This document shows positions 41,108 to 55,419 of a stretch of 64,000 bases of DNA, in pieces. Each line of letters begins with the position of its first letter. Positions within the stretch are counted from its first letter, which is position 1. This stretch comes from Octopus vulgaris (taxonomy: Eukaryota), in the NCBI GenBank assembly GCA_951406725.2, contig OX597831.1, positions 68,820,001-68,884,000 on the forward strand, written 5' to 3'. The notes under the pieces are model-generated. The model did not search any database, had not been told where the DNA came from, and worked only from the letters and a program-made list of their open reading frames with translations. Position numbers and translations under genes: made by a program.

Positions 41108-43445
41108 AGCTAAACAAATACATTATACAACTATATATACGATATAGGTTTAGTAATGTAAACAGGAAAATAGAAGTTCAGCAAATAGAGACTGAGAGAC
41201 TAAGTACCAAGCTTAAAAAAATATTTGTGCTGGGCTTGATTTGTTTGACTAAAACACCTCTGAGTGATATCCCAACTTGGCTGCTGACTAAGGACTGAAA
41301 CAAGTAAATGATGAAAGATGAAAATATATATCTTATTAGTAATCAACAGAAGTTACAGAGTGACTTAAGGGCTCAGAGGTTTGTGTGTTGACGCATCGCT
41401 ATATAAGTACACAATATCATGATAATCATGATCATCATCATGATCATCCTCATCATCACCACCACCACCACCACCACCATCATTATGATCATCAACATTT
41501 AGCATCCATTCTCAATGTTGGCATGGGTAAGATGGCTTAGCAGGAACTGGCAAGGCCAGGGGCTATACCAGGTCCTGTAGTCTGTTGTGGCTTGGTTTCT
41601 ACAGCTGGATGACCTTTCCTAACACCAATCCCTTTACACATTGTACCGGCTGTTCTTTTATGTGGTACTATCACCAGTGCCTCTTATGTGGCACCAGCAT
41701 CCGCACCAATACTTTATTATGTAATACCTTCAATATAAAAACCTTTTTTTTAAGGATATCAATTCTGTTGTGGTGGTCATGATGGGGATCTTCTTGAGTG
41801 TTGTGGTTGGCAGCTCTTCTATATAAATATATTCTCAGATCATTGATTCTCTTGAATATCATGTAAGAGTTTGTGGCAGTCAAGTGAGAGAACCTGGCAA
41901 TGTTGATCAAAAGTTTGCTCCTGGTTGGTTCTTAGCCGGTCAAAGAGCTACTTTGCTCTTCCAAACTTCCTCTTTTCATTGCATTTCACACCATGTTAAC
42001 TCAATCAAAACATCTTGATGAACTCACTTCCACTATTTATTCAAAGGTCGAATTTATCTATAGCATCATTTGCAGTGTAGCTGTCTAGCAGCAAATGAAA
42101 TTTCCTGTGAATTTTGATGGTCTCAGTCTCAGTTCAGTGCCCAACTTTGGGTTGTTGGCCCATGTTGACTCCCAGTTTGCAGCTGTCATCCTTTTTGTGT
42201 TCTTTGTAATACCTATGGACCAAATATGGGTAAAACTGGCTGTTTTTGCTTCCTATTGTCTATATTGTCCCTCCAAAATGCACCCAACCAACACAGTAGG
42301 GACAATATTCTTGTAGATCTAGCAGCATGAGGATCTCTTCATCCCCTCAATAACAGCTGCCTCCTGACTGCCTTACCACCAAATGGTAGCAACTGACTTA
42401 ATGCAATACCCTCTTTGTCAGCTGACACCCTTCTTGACAATGAGCGCACACACACACATGCATGCACATGCACACACACATGCATGCACATGCACACACA
42501 CATTGCAGTTGCCTGGTGTGTCAGTTTTTATATATGCTACAGCGATGTACTGCTCTATTGCCATTATAGTGCAGCATATTTCCCTTGCCATGTCACACTG
42601 AATAATGTTACTAAAAGTAGCCTTGAAACTACCATTTTCCTTTGCAACTAGAGCCCCTTGACCACAACTGTGGTTCTAGTAGATATCCAGATGACATTAC
42701 CCATTTTCCATGCTAAGGAGGGCAAGGTGCTTGTCCAAAGCTCTCTGCTTTAGGGCCCATTCTCCAGTAACACCTTATTACTTCAGTCTAAAGTCAGAAT
42801 CTGCCACCCACTGTACTGATATTGAAGTATGAGCCACTGACGGACAGATTTTTTTTTCACACCAGTCCTTTATTATTCTGACCTTTATTATTTTTGACCT
42901 CTGGACTGTTGCTCTCCTCCATAAAACTGCAGTACAGACATCCCACCTGAAGAAAGAACACCAATATGGTTAAATGGCTGATGCAGTGAACATTGCTTGT
43001 TATTCCTTGCAGCAGTATTTTCGCTAATCTGTCCTCAGGCTGTAAGACAAATCATTCTACAAAACATGGAAAGTTTATTTATTGCTATAAATGTCCTTTA
43101 AATAAATCATATAGCTAATTACAAACATACACAAACACACACAAATTATGTCATAATTTACATGCACAGAAATACATAGCCAAACATTTCAAACAGCTTT
43201 GTAATTATATTTTAATACTGCATGAATATGCTATATCGTTATATTAATATATTTGTTTAGAAATTAAATTATTATCACCAAATATCATATTCGACTTTAA
43301 ATTTTCAATTATACTGTTCCCCAACATTTTCATCTTTCCTCCTTTAAATATGATAACACCCTAATTTTAACATCTATCATTATATACACTGACATCCACT
43401 TGTTAATGTTTATTACTGTAAATATATGGACACCCACTATTTTAA

Positions 43446-43665
43446 CCCTTTCGTTACCAACCTGGCTGAAACCGGTTCTGGCTCTGAGTACAAATGTCTT
43501 GTTTCCATAAGTTTTGAATTAAAATCTTCCACTAAATCTTAGTCCCAATTTATGTTCCTAACACTAACTGAATGATAACTAAGTTATTGTACTAAATTCT
43601 TTGTTATATTTAAAGTAATGGAAAAAAACACAGGGCATCTCAAAATAAATACAGTAATGAAAGGG
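43446..43665. mobile_element. piggyBac-type MITE (family 1, copy 2)
   Basis: TTAA TSDs, CCCTTTC termini, matches 29477-29696. Confidence 0.85.
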
Positions 43666-43721
43666 TTAATGCTTCATATAATATATTGTCAGTGCCCATT
43701 TCGATCAGTTCTTTACTTTAA

Positions 43722-43942
43722 CCCTTTAGCATTTAAACTGGCCATATTCGGCCCCAAATATTCTACCTGTTTTATGTTCAAACCAGCAAGATCCAGCCTC
43801 TCACAACTACCCAAGAATGTCATTCTAAAAATAAGGAATCACATCATCATAATCTCAAAGCTATGAGATAATACTTGATTAATTAAAAAAAATGTGAATA
43901 AATAAGCATTACATTTGACAAAGTAACCTGAAAGCTAAAGGG
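43722..43942. mobile_element. piggyBac-type MITE (family 2)
   Basis: TTAA-CCCTTTAGC...GCTAAAGGG-TTAA. Confidence 0.85.
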
Positions 43943-44838
43943 TTAAACATACTGACATTCATTAACGTTGCCACCCCAGAAATTTAGTTCTTATTCTACA
44001 ACACAAGAATAAGGATTTCTTTTGGCCAGGCATAAAGTGTATAAGAGTTAGAGTGTGTCAACAGAATTGACCTCAATGTGTTTGTATTATGTCTATTCTA
44101 GAGGAATGTAAAGTTAGACATGGCAAGATTTAAATATCTAATCAAGGAGAAGCTGAATATTCTTGTGCTTTTAGTTTTCTGCTGATATGCTCTGACCATT
44201 TCTACCATTCTTTATATGATAATGATTATGTGCTTCCTTAAAGTCTTTCCAAATTATCAACTATTCTCTAACTTCTGTAAACTGAATAAAATTCACGTAT
44301 GCTACTTTGACTATTGCACATTGCTGGTGATGTGCAAATAACGACAGAGATGGAAAGATATTATATTTTTGAATATGAATACGGTAAATGTAGGGTTGCT
44401 TGAATGAAAGAGACATGTGAAGTGTTTCATTGAATAATACGCACTGATGTTGCAATAAGAGAGACACAAAACCAGTCCATAACCATATAGGAGTTATTCT
44501 GGATGACTACACTTAGGAATCTCTACTCCATGTTGCTATCCAATTACAACTGCTTGCCAGTCCATCAAAAGAGGAAATGGCTGTTAATAAATACAATTAA
44601 ATTCAACTCAAAACTTGGTTGTTCACTTGCTTCTGTGTTCAACTCTGATGACTCTGTATTTAGTTATATTGCAATTTAATATTTATCTTACTGTAATCAT
44701 CCTACAAGAAATCATTCTTATAAACATACTGTTCAAATAGGAATAGCAGAAATGTAGAAAAGGATCTTGATTGTATATATTATCCAAACCACCAGTAGTG
44801 GACCCACTTATTAACCCGTTGAACTGGTAAAGGAATCT

Positions 44839-44896
<58 letters not shown>

Positions 44897-44897
<1 letters not shown>

Positions 44898-45630
44898 CTA
44901 GCAGAAATACTTAATGTTGCCCAGGTTAAAGAAAATAAGGAAATTTAAAAACGCAGGTCTTAACTGCTAGTGGCTGAGATAACAGCTTTCTCTGCAACCC
45001 ATGCCAACATGGAACATAGATGTTAAGTGAAATGTGAAAGAAAGTTTTCAACTTATATATGTATATAAAGTTAATGCATGTTTGTCTAACTTATTTCGTA
45101 ACCCAAAAAACAGGCACAGATTATAAACAATGAAAGGCCAGGCATAGAGTATACACACATACACACACAGACAGAAACACACACAGACAGACAGACATAC
45201 ACACACACACAGACAACGAATACATCACGTTACTGTTTCACTTTTATACACACAGAAATACATCCATGCATGTCAGTCGAAAAGTGAAAGTGTAATAGTA
45301 ATACTCTAACAGTCAATGGTTTTACACTTCTGAATATGACGTGGACCTACTATTCATGTAAGTGCTTCTTCATTTACTGTGTTTTCTGTTCATCACTGAG
45401 AATGTAGAGGTTCTTTTCACCTCCAACTCTAGAACATCCAACATACAACTGACCATGTGAAGACGCAAGGTTGAAGGAGGTTAAGTCCCACCACCTTTAG
45501 AGATTGACCTTGTGCTTTGTTAATAGACATTGCAAAGCTAAGTTTGACAGGAAACTGCAATCTCTTGAACTGAAAGGGGTGGCCATTTGAGATAAGAGGT
45601 ATCCTTGGAATGAAGACATTCTCACCCATC
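44897..45630 (-). mobile_element. Helitron remnants (CTAG 3' end and helicase C-terminal fragment)
   Basis: GENVFIPRIPLIS..FQFKRLQFPVKLSFAMSINKAQGQSLKVVG in ORF 45429-45719; ACTAGCAG end at 44897. Confidence 0.8.
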
Positions 45631-46124
45631 ATGTTGCCATGATGGAGAAGAGATTTCTCAGTTGCATAGGAGACTTGCACATTTGTGCCTCTGTCAGAGT
45701 GCATCCCAGTGTACATCATCCTCTAGAAGACCTCTGAGATGGCAAGCCTGGCGATATGTTTGACATACTGTGTTATCAACCGTGCGTAAGGCTGGTAATA
45801 TCCAAGAGGTGTAAGAAAAATCTTTTTAATCAATTGATATTCTATTTTATTTAGATTTTTAGTTGCATGACATGCTTTAGAACTTTTAGTCATTGTATAT
45901 ACATTCTTGATAGGCCATTCTATATATCTGTATTTTTATTTGCATGTATATATAAAATTTTTTTTTTTTTACCTTCTATGTTTTTTATGTATGTATTCTT
46001 TATATGTTGAAAGGCCATGTAATATTTATATATGATCAAATGGTTGGCGGTGTGGTGTTATGTATAAAGTTGTTGACTCGAATTTGATGTTTATTCTCTG
46101 ATCAATGATTTTTATATATACATA

Positions 46125-46198
<74 letters not shown>

Positions 46199-46405
46199 GC
46201 TTTATATTTGCACACTGACAATGATCCCTGTAGCTCAATGTGATTTGAGGTGAGGTAAAGATGGAAGCTTATGCCATAATTAATTTCATTGGAAGACTCT
46301 ATGCTCAGTAATGGAAATTGGAGGATTTGCCTTTTTTTCAGCATGCAGAACTATATTGAAATCCTTTAAAGTTTCAGAGCAGTTATTACTGCTCTGAAAC
46401 CATTC

Positions 46406-46815
46406 ATGCATGCATGTATGTATGTGTGTATGTATGTATGTATGTATGTATGTATGTATGTGTGTATGTATGTGTGTATGTATGTATGTATGTATGTATG
46501 TGTGTATGTATGTGTGTATGTATGTGTGTATGTATGTATGTGTGTGTGTGTGTGCATGCGTGCATGCATGCGTGCATGCATGCGTGCATGTGTATGTATG
46601 TATGTATGTATGAATGTATGTATGTATGTATGTATGTATGTGTGTGTGTGTATGTATGTATGTATGTATGTATGTATGTATGTGTGTGTGTATGTATGTG
46701 TGTATGTGTGTGTGTATGTATGTATGTATGTATGTGTGTGTGTGTGCATGTGTATGTATTATGCATGTATGTATGTATGTATGTATGTATGTATGAATGA
46801 ATGAATGAATGAATG
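46406..46815. repeat. (TATG/TG)n compound microsatellite
   Basis: Direct inspection; source of many spurious ORFs. Confidence 0.97.
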
Positions 46816-46869
46816 CAAGTCGTATTGTATAGGTTTCAGAATCTTGCCTCTAAAGCTTGTATATTACAT

Positions 46870-47370
46870 TGGTCACTTTCACCTGGCCTTTCTGGGAATA
46901 TTTTCTCCTTGACCATTTTCAGTTAGAACGACCACCTTGTTCATGTTCTCTTTCCATTTATTATCAGCCTGGTGGGAGGATGTGTCTGGTCTACTTTTGG
47001 TTATAAGCAAATTCACCAGGCAGAAACTACCATCCCACATGGGCCTGCTTTTCTAGGCATCATGTAGCAAGCCCACAGACGTGCTACCATCTGGTATGAT
47101 TTTTAATGTGTGAAAAACATGGCTGTCTATGAAAAACACAACTCTTCTGTGTCTCACACCATTGGAAATGTCCTTTTAATGTTTCCAGCTTCTGTAGCTG
47201 CTGCTTGAGTGCCAAAGCATACAGAAGAGATCAAACAGTTCCAATTGGTTGCAGTTTAGTTTGAGCTTCCTACAGATACTGCTTGTATCCTGTTGCAGTC
47301 CATCATTTGAAGACAGGATTAAAATTCATTGTGCTTAGGAGTTGAAGTATGTGCTGACTTGCTCTTTGAT
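46870..47370 (-). mobile_element. Decayed RTE-like LINE fragment
   Basis: Weak similarity to an RTE RT C-terminal region; boundaries approximate. Confidence 0.4.
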
Positions 47371-47407
47371 TGCATGATCGGGGGGGGGGGGGACATATTA
47401 TAGCACT

Positions 47408-47566
47408 GCAAAATCGATTCCGCCGAGGTCGACTTTGCCTTTCATCCTTTTGAGGTCCATAAATAAAGTACCAGTTTCGCACTGGGGTCGATGTAATCGA
47501 ATTAATCCCTTTGTCTGTCCTTGTTTGTCCCCTCTATGTTTAGCCCCTTATGGGTAGTAAAGAAAT
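47408..47566 (+). mobile_element. SINE family C 3' part
   Basis: CCGAGGTCGACTTTGCCTTTCATCC core. Confidence 0.85.
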
Positions 47567-47860
47567 ATATTATAGCTCTATTAGTTAGAGGAAGGACTTA
47601 GCTACCTACTGAGTTTATAATTAATGACAAATAGGCATTGATTGTCAAGAAAGCTGAAGTGGGTTGGAGAATAGGTTATACCAACCAAAGTGTTTTAACT
47701 TGTATTTCAGCCTCTGTCATTTATGTTTAACACACACACACACAGACACACACACACACACACACACAGACACACACACACACACAGACACACACACACA
47801 CAGACACACACACACACAGACACACACACACACAGACACACACACACACATATATATATA

Positions 47861-48026
47861 ACAATTGTAGCGTGAAAGGTGTTTATAAGCCATTGAAGAA
47901 ACACACAAAAACCGTTAGATTCACTTCAATATTTAAAGTTAATTTGTTAAAATATTTTTGTCGCTTTGAGACTGCGACCTGTTCACTGACAAAACTTTGG
48001 GCTGCATCTTCCACGCTGCAATTGTT
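47861..48026 (-). mobile_element. Short inverted-end element with G3-C8 hammerhead-like motif (copy 2)
   Basis: Ends ACAATTGTAGCGTGAAAG / CTTCCACGCTGCAATTGT; minus 47993-47943 TTTGTCA-GTGAACA-G-GTCGC AGTCTCAAA GCGAC-AAAA-ATAT-TT-TAACAAA. Confidence 0.65.
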
Positions 48027-48073
48027 TTCATTCCAGCACACAATCTCAGATCAAGTCACTTGCTATGCAAGTT

Positions 48074-48130
<57 letters not shown>

Positions 48131-49141
48131 GTCTAAATATTTATAATTGTCAATTAGTTATAATTTTGTAGTCTGATTATAGGATATTTGATAGTTTGCC
48201 CTCAGTATATTCTAAACATCTATGGTACTATAAAATATATCTGCTTACTACTAGCAACTATTCAATGCCATTGATATCCAGACAGATAGAAAGCAAGGAC
48301 AGTGTTGGTAGGATTTGAACTCAGAGTCTAACTATACACCACAAGATATTTTGTCTGGCATTCCATAAGTTGATACTAACATTGACATAAATGGATCAAT
48401 TAGCTCCAGTATTTGACTGATACTAATTTCATCAACTCCAAAGTAATTAATGTCAGCTGTGACTTCAACCAGATTTGAACTCAGGAAATAAATATCCTTA
48501 ACTAAATAATACAAGCCATTTTATTCAATGCCCTGATGATTCCATTAATAAAACATCCTAATGCTAATAATAACTCTGAACGTAATCCTTTCTTTATTTT
48601 TAAGATTTTTGTTAATTTCAGTGAGGGGGGGGGGGGCAAAAATATCTTCAGTCAGTGATTTTTTTTTTATCAAGATATTCAAGGTGTAACAGTAAAAATT
48701 ACACATCTTATTGACACTAGACATATTATCTTTCTGCTACTTTCCCCAGAGACAATAAAAAAAAAAAAAATGTCTGCATACATTTTAAACAAACCTTGTA
48801 TCATGGTAATGTTAATGGATGTCAAACACTGTTTACTATTTATGTATGGAAATTTTACATTTGTGTGCATTATGTATGAATCTATTTGCTTTTGTAGTGA
48901 CTGAGAACTGAATAAATTTTTAGTATATATATCTATCTTCCAAAATGTACACACAGATACACACACAAGCAAAAGATGTTTTACAAAGAAAAATAGAGTA
49001 CTCAGCACAGTGTATTATCACTACCTGTCTATAACATTATATATACTAGCAGAAGCATTGCTCAGAGTGCTGTGTCTCTGCTAGTATATGTCATGTTTGC
49101 TTGTGAAAAAAATTGCTGTGATGTGAATATCTACCTATATA

Positions 49142-50352
49142 TCAGGTCATCCCAAAGTAATGTCCGGACTTCTATATTTTTAATGGCATCAAGTAATATT
49201 TTTATATGTATTTGGACCTATTTAAATTAATTAAAGTTCGCTTTGTAGGATAATCTCATTGAAATTTTATTAATTATAGCTCTTCAAATATGGAAGGGTC
49301 TAAGAAGCATTTGAGGCACATAATGCATTATGAGTTTAAAAAAGGGAATTCTGCAGCTGAAGCGACTCAAAATATTCACTCAACTTATGGAGAAGAGTGC
49401 CTGAAAGACAGAACTTGCCGAAGATGGTTTGTAAAATTCAAAAGTGGAGATTTCAGCCGTGAAAATGGGGCCTGAAAAGGACGTCCAGTTGAGCTTGATG
49501 ACCAGCTCCCTTTTGGCAGAACTTGAAAAATATCATGCAGTTTCAAGCCATGCTTGAGGAAGATCCCAGCTTGGAAAGATCCCAGAACTCAGTAAAAGAG
49601 TGCCTCGTGATTTGTCGGAAGCCAAATGCAAATCCTGAGTCAACATCTGCTCTTTTCTTCATTCTCATGAACTCATTTCACCCTTTTTGGACAGACTGGT
49701 GACTGGTGATGAAAAATGGGTTTCTTTATCAAAATGTTTAGCATCATAGACATTGACTGGATGAAGAGGAAAAGGCCCAACCGCAACCATGAAGGAAACT
49801 CCATGCAAAGAAGGTTCTTCTCTCTGTTTGGTGGGGTTGCAAAGGAGTCATCCACTTTGAGTTGCTACCAACTAATGCAACAATCAATGCTCAAATCTAC
49901 TGTCAGCAATTAGAGTATTTGAACACTGTTTTGAAGGAAAAAAGGCCTGCTTTAATGAATCGAAAGGGAATGGTATTTCATCAGGACAATACATGACTCC
50001 ACACTGCAAAGATCCCGTCAGAGAAGATTGAGGAACTCAGCAGGGAGAAAATTGCTCATCCATCTTATTTCCCAGATCTTGCTCCTTCAGATTATCATCT
50101 GTTCCATAGTTTACAGAATCATTTGGATAGATTAACTCTTTAAGCCACTGAGTAAGTTGAAATTGACCTTTCAGTAGTCTTTCTTTGAAACTGAAAGAGT
50201 TTTTCACTAATGGGATTAAAAAGCTTACGAGCAGATAGAAAGATGTCATAGATAATCATGGAAACTATATTGATGATTAAGTTTCATTAAAATGTAAGAT
50301 TTGATCACTTGTTTTCCTTATTTAGAATCTGGACATTACTGTGATGACCTGA
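49142..50352 (+). mobile_element. Full-length decayed mariner (DD34D) transposon
   Basis: TIRs TCAGGTCATC / GATGACCTGA flanked by TA; HLRHIMHYEFKKG..CRRWF.KFKSGDFS, VTGDEKWV, FHQDN, YFPDLAPSDYHLF motifs with stops and frameshifts. Confidence 0.93.
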
Positions 50353-50720
50353 TATATTGCTGTTTCAAGGCTATATTTTTGTTTTAATGCTAAGCAGAGT
50401 AATTCTGAGCAAGTCATTATAATAGCATTGGCATTTCACTGCTACCATGACAACCAACATTATTTCTTCTTTTAATATAAACTTGAAAGCTGAGTCAATG
50501 GAGAGGAATTACAACTAGATGAAATCTCCTGGTGGTTCAAATGCACAAGTCTCTGATATCCAAGTGGCTAAAAAGTATCAGCTGAAGGGTACCCAGGAGT
50601 CATGACCTGGATGTGGCCTGGGCTCCTTAGAGTGAAAGAAGTTAAGGGTTGAAAACACTAGCCTGAGTGGAGTTTCTTCTCTGAAGACCTGCTGTTCAGC
50701 TCTGTTGAGAGTTTCCTACC

Positions 50721-50757
<37 letters not shown>

Positions 50758-51424
50758 ATCAAAATTGGCATTCATTGCTAATCCTTTTAACAGACTTGTT
50801 CCTAGTCTGAAAGCTTTTCTGTCTATTCTCTGGCTGTACATATTCAGTTCGGTCTCTTAGCATTCCGTTAGCTTGTGCTGCTATCATTGTTAGTATCTCA
50901 CTTCTATTTGCATGAGATATTTGTCTGCATTTACTGTCCATTTGATGATGATTATCAGGTTGGCACCTGAATATTCACAGACTGTGAAAGCTGGCTCAGT
51001 ATATTGTTTTGAGATAAATATTCTAACCAGTCTGTCATGTGTAGCAGAAAATAGAATCTGAAGATGCAGATAAGCATAGAGCTGCTTACATGTGTATTCA
51101 GACATTTGTTTCAGTCGTTTGACCTGGTTTGCTCTGGTTCAGTCGTCCTTCTCTCCCTTTACTCTTGTTTCTTTGTTGTTCTATTTTAGTTGCATATTTT
51201 TATGGACAACACATGTTGTATTGGGAAATTCTAATGTAGAAGCAAATAGTGCAGTATCTATGTTGTATGAGAGTACTGCTGCAATGAATATGTTAAATGA
51301 AATTAATATTTTATCTAATGATAAACACAAAATCAACATGGGCTCAGAAATACAAGGTATTTATTATTCAAAGAACCATGGTTTACACATTTGTGTATAA
51401 GGAAATAAAAATTGAAGTGAAAAT

Positions 51425-51840
51425 TTCTGGGTTCAGTTCCACTGCATGGCACCTCAGTCTTTTATTAAAGCCTTGGGCTGACCAAAGCCTTGGGCTGACC
51501 AAAGCCTTGGGCTGACCAAAGCCTTGGGCTGACCAAAGCCTTGGGCTGACCAAAGCCTTGGGCTGACCAAAGCGTTGTGAGTGGACTTGGTAGACAGAAA
51601 CAAGAAACAAAGCCTGTCATATATATGTATGTGTGTGTGTTTGTGTCTGTGTTTGTCCTCCTCCACCACTTTACAACCAGTGTTGGTATGTTTATGTTCC
51701 CTTAACATAGCTGTTCAGCAAAAGTGGCTAAGTACCAAGCTTAAAAATGTAAGCTCTGAGGTCGATTCATTTGACTAAAAATTCTTCAAGGCAGTGCCCC
51801 AACATGACTGTAGTCTAATGACAGAAACAAATGAAAGAGA
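51425..51840 (+). mobile_element. Diverged SINE A containing six copies of a 17-bp unit
   Basis: AAAGCCTTGGGCTGACC x6 at 51467-51568 inside the family A body. Confidence 0.85.
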
Positions 51841-51913
51841 AAAAAATATAGTATAAACATTTCCACAAGTATTCCCAAAGTATTTTTAACGCAAATATTT
51901 GAATAGGGGTGCA

Positions 51914-51954
<41 letters not shown>

Positions 51955-52044
51955 GTGGAGGAAAGAGGAGAGCATTGCAAAGAAAGAAAATGAAAGCAAA
52001 AGGGTGTGCAGAAGAAAGATGAAATGTATTAAATGAAATGACAT

Positions 52045-52186
52045 TTGTTCGGCAAAACAAATTGATAGAATAAGTACTAGGTTTACAAAGAATAAGTCCT
52101 GGGGTCGATTTGCTTGACTAAAGGCGGTGATCCAGCATGGCCGCAGTCAAATGACTGAAACAAGTAAAAGAGAGAGTAAAAGAGTA
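52045..52186 (+). mobile_element. SINE family A 3' fragment
   Basis: Family A 3' body and tail. Confidence 0.85.
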
Positions 52187-52499
52187 TAAAAGTGAGAGAT
52201 TAAAAGTTACAAGGACAGAGAAAGAGAAAGATTAATAGGAATAGAGCTATAAACAAAGAAGAGCTAGAGAGAGAGAGGGGGGAGGGAGGAAGGAGGGAAA
52301 GAGAGATGGACAAGTAAACTCACATCATTACAAGGAAAGAAAGTAGAAGAGGGATAAGACAATAAAAAACATTTGTTCCAATAAATTAGAAATAGTTTTT
52401 TTGATTGGATCATGGAGTTGAAACCATCAACAATTAACGAATTATAATTTATGCTGCTGATTGTTCAAGTAACTGAAATAAGGAAGCTGTGTGACAATA

Positions 52500-52870
52500 T
52501 CATCATCATCATCGTTTAACGTCCGTTCGACTGGGGTCTGGGAACCCAGAAGGCTGCAGCAGGCTCCAGTCTGATCTGGCAGTGTTTCTACGGCTGGATG
52601 CCCTTCCTAACGCCAACCACTCCGTGAGTGTAGTGGGTGCTATTTTACGTGTCACCGGCACAGGTGCCAGGTAGGCTGGCAATGGCCACGATCGGTTGGT
52701 GCTTTTTACATGCCACCGGCATGGAAGCCAGTCATGGTGGCTCTGGCATCGACCATGTACGAATGGTGCTTTTTATGTGCCACCGGCACAGGTGTCAGGG
52801 GAGGCTGGCAACAGCCATGGTTGGTTGGTGGTTTTTATGTGCCACCGTCATGGAAGCCAGTCAAGGTGGC
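52500..52870 (-). mobile_element. SINE family B with internal repeats
   Basis: (CAT)n tail, GCTGGATGCCCTTCC, repeated TGCCACCGGCA units. Confidence 0.85.
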
Positions 52871-53994
52871 ATGCATGTATGAATGTGTGCATGTGTATCT
52901 GTGTATGTGTATGTGTGCATGCATGTGTGTGTGTGTGCTTGTGCATGGTTGTGGATGTATGTTGAACTGGTTTATCTTTGCATGTTGCGTTATATATGTT
53001 TAGGTCTAAAGTCAGTGAATTTTTATCATCTGTTCCTGGATGTATTTCTTCATTGGAAATGTATCTACACAGGGATGTAATCTCTATGGCAACGAAACAT
53101 GTTATGGCATTGGTATTATAATATCTATAGCGTCAGTTTATATTTTCACTCTCTGTAATAGTGGCAATGTCTTTAGCAACAGACTGTGTAATGTAATACA
53201 AGGTGAACATCGTCAATCTGTTATTACACAATATTATGATGACTCAATCTACATAATGGCACAAAAGGATATGGCTCTATTCTGAATATTGACACAAAGC
53301 CATTTTACACAATAATTAACTAGGTGTTTACATGTGTCTGACTAAGCATACTAATTTCTCAAACTACTGACAAAGTTGGAGAAAACTAAATCTCTTTCTT
53401 CAATATTTCAGCTTTAACAGGCCCTCATAATGAACTGGGAAATTTGAAATTAGATATACATGGTAAACAGTATCAGCATAGTTACAGAGCTGCAGATGTA
53501 CACATTATATGAAGGTTATGTTGTCTCTGATATTGGAATGAAGCAATAAGCTGTTGATAATTAAGAAACCCCTGATTAGTTACAGAAAAGCTAATAAACA
53601 TTGCTGCTTTAATAACAATGATATTAAAAATAGAGATGATAAATGTTAGCGAGGTAGCAAATAAGATTGTTAATATGAAATATTTCATTAATAACCTGAG
53701 ATCTTTATTAAGCTGGACAAAAGTATAGGGAGAAAATTAAATATGAGAGCAGGTTCCACTCTAAAGAACTCTTGTTATGTCAGAAGCCTTCACGTTTGGT
53801 AAATTTGTCGACAATGTAATTAGATCCTCTAAAATAATAAGAAAAGCTAATTATACAACTTGTTCATTTGGAACTTTCACTATAGTTCCAAACAGGTAAT
53901 AAAATAGAGTTCCAATCACAACATGTGTACTTTGTAACCTGCCAAGCTGGAAATACAGACAAATGTATTAGAGCTTAAATACAACCCACATATT

Positions 53995-54400
53995 TCTCTT
54001 TTTCTCTTTCTCTTTTACTTGTTTCAGTCGTTTGACTGCGGCCATGCTGGAGCATCGCCTTAGTCGAGCAAATCGACCCCAGGACTTATTCTTTGGAAGC
54101 CCAGTACTTATTCTATCGGTCTCTTTTGCCGAACCGCTAAGTGACGGGGACGTAAACACACCAGCATCAGTTGTCAAGCAATGCTAGGGGGACAAACACA
54201 GACACACAAACACACACACATACATATATATACATCTATACGACAGGCTTCTTTCAGTTTCTGTCTACCAAATCCACTCACAAGGCATTGGTCGGCCTGG
54301 GGCTATAGCAGAAGACACTTTCCCAAGATGCGACGCAGTGGGACTGAACCTGGAACCATGTGGTTAGTTAGCAAGCTACTTACCACACAGCCAATCCTGC
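53995..54400 (-). mobile_element. SINE family A, full length
   Basis: Family A head and tail. Confidence 0.9.
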
Positions 54401-55009
54401 ATATATATGCATATAAACATGGCAATCTTTTCTAATAAAAAACAAAAAAAAAAAGAATGCCATTCCAAATTATGGTTTGTATTCTAATAACTCGTGTATT
54501 AAAGAAACAATACTTATTCGGCATTTGTAGCTTGAAATTAACAGTCACCACAATTTTCTTCGATGTCAACTGTTTATTACAAGATTTGCTTACTACAGCC
54601 AAAGTAAGTTCCGTAAATTCTGACTCTCAGCACATTTCAAAATGATTTCAGTGTAGTTTGATTATTTATCATTTCAAAATTTGCTGTTCAAGATTAGGGT
54701 TTGTTGAAGTCAAGTTAAAGAATAGATTTGTTTGTCTCCAACTGTGCATTGTTAAACAGTATTTTTTTTTTTTTGTATGATCAGATCAATGAGCAACACC
54801 TGATTGCTTCCTTGAATTTTCATATCATAGGATTTTCTGGGGGAGAATACAAAAGTGATTCCTCATCTTCCTTTTTTATTTTTGTGTTTTCTACAAGTCA
54901 CTTGTTGACTTTAATCACTTCTAAAAAAAACTGAGAAAGATAAAGCGAAAGATAGAGAGAAGGAATGAGAAAAAGAGGAGAGAAGAAAATAAGGAGGCAG
55001 AGGAAAAGG

Positions 55010-55387
55010 ATGATGATGATGATAATAATGATAATAATGATGATAATAATGATAATAATGATAATAATAATAATGATAATATTAATAATAATGATGATGA
55101 TGATGATGTTAATAATAATGATGATAATAATGATAATAATGATGATGATGATAATAATAATAATAATGATGATAATAATAATGATAATAATAATAACAAT
55201 AATGATAATAATAATAATAATGATGATAATAATAATAATAATGATGATAATAATGATAATATTGATGATGATAATAATAATAATATTAATAATGATGATG
55301 ATGATGATGATGATGATAATGATGATAATAATAATAATAATGATGATAATAATAATAATAATAACAATAATAATAATAATGATAATA

Positions 55388-55419
<32 letters not shown>

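Noticed and set aside
43010-43042. Minus-strand CTGAGGA..GAAA as a hammerhead
   Set aside because: Stems II and III do not pair; likely chance. Isolated CTGATGA near 928, 4942, 5104, 12882 and 44645 also lack the downstream elements.
46366-46804. Cluster of His/Thr/Tyr- and Cys/Val/Met-rich ORFs
   Set aside because: (TATG)n repeat translations; the same applies to 58120-58454 and 15734-16072.
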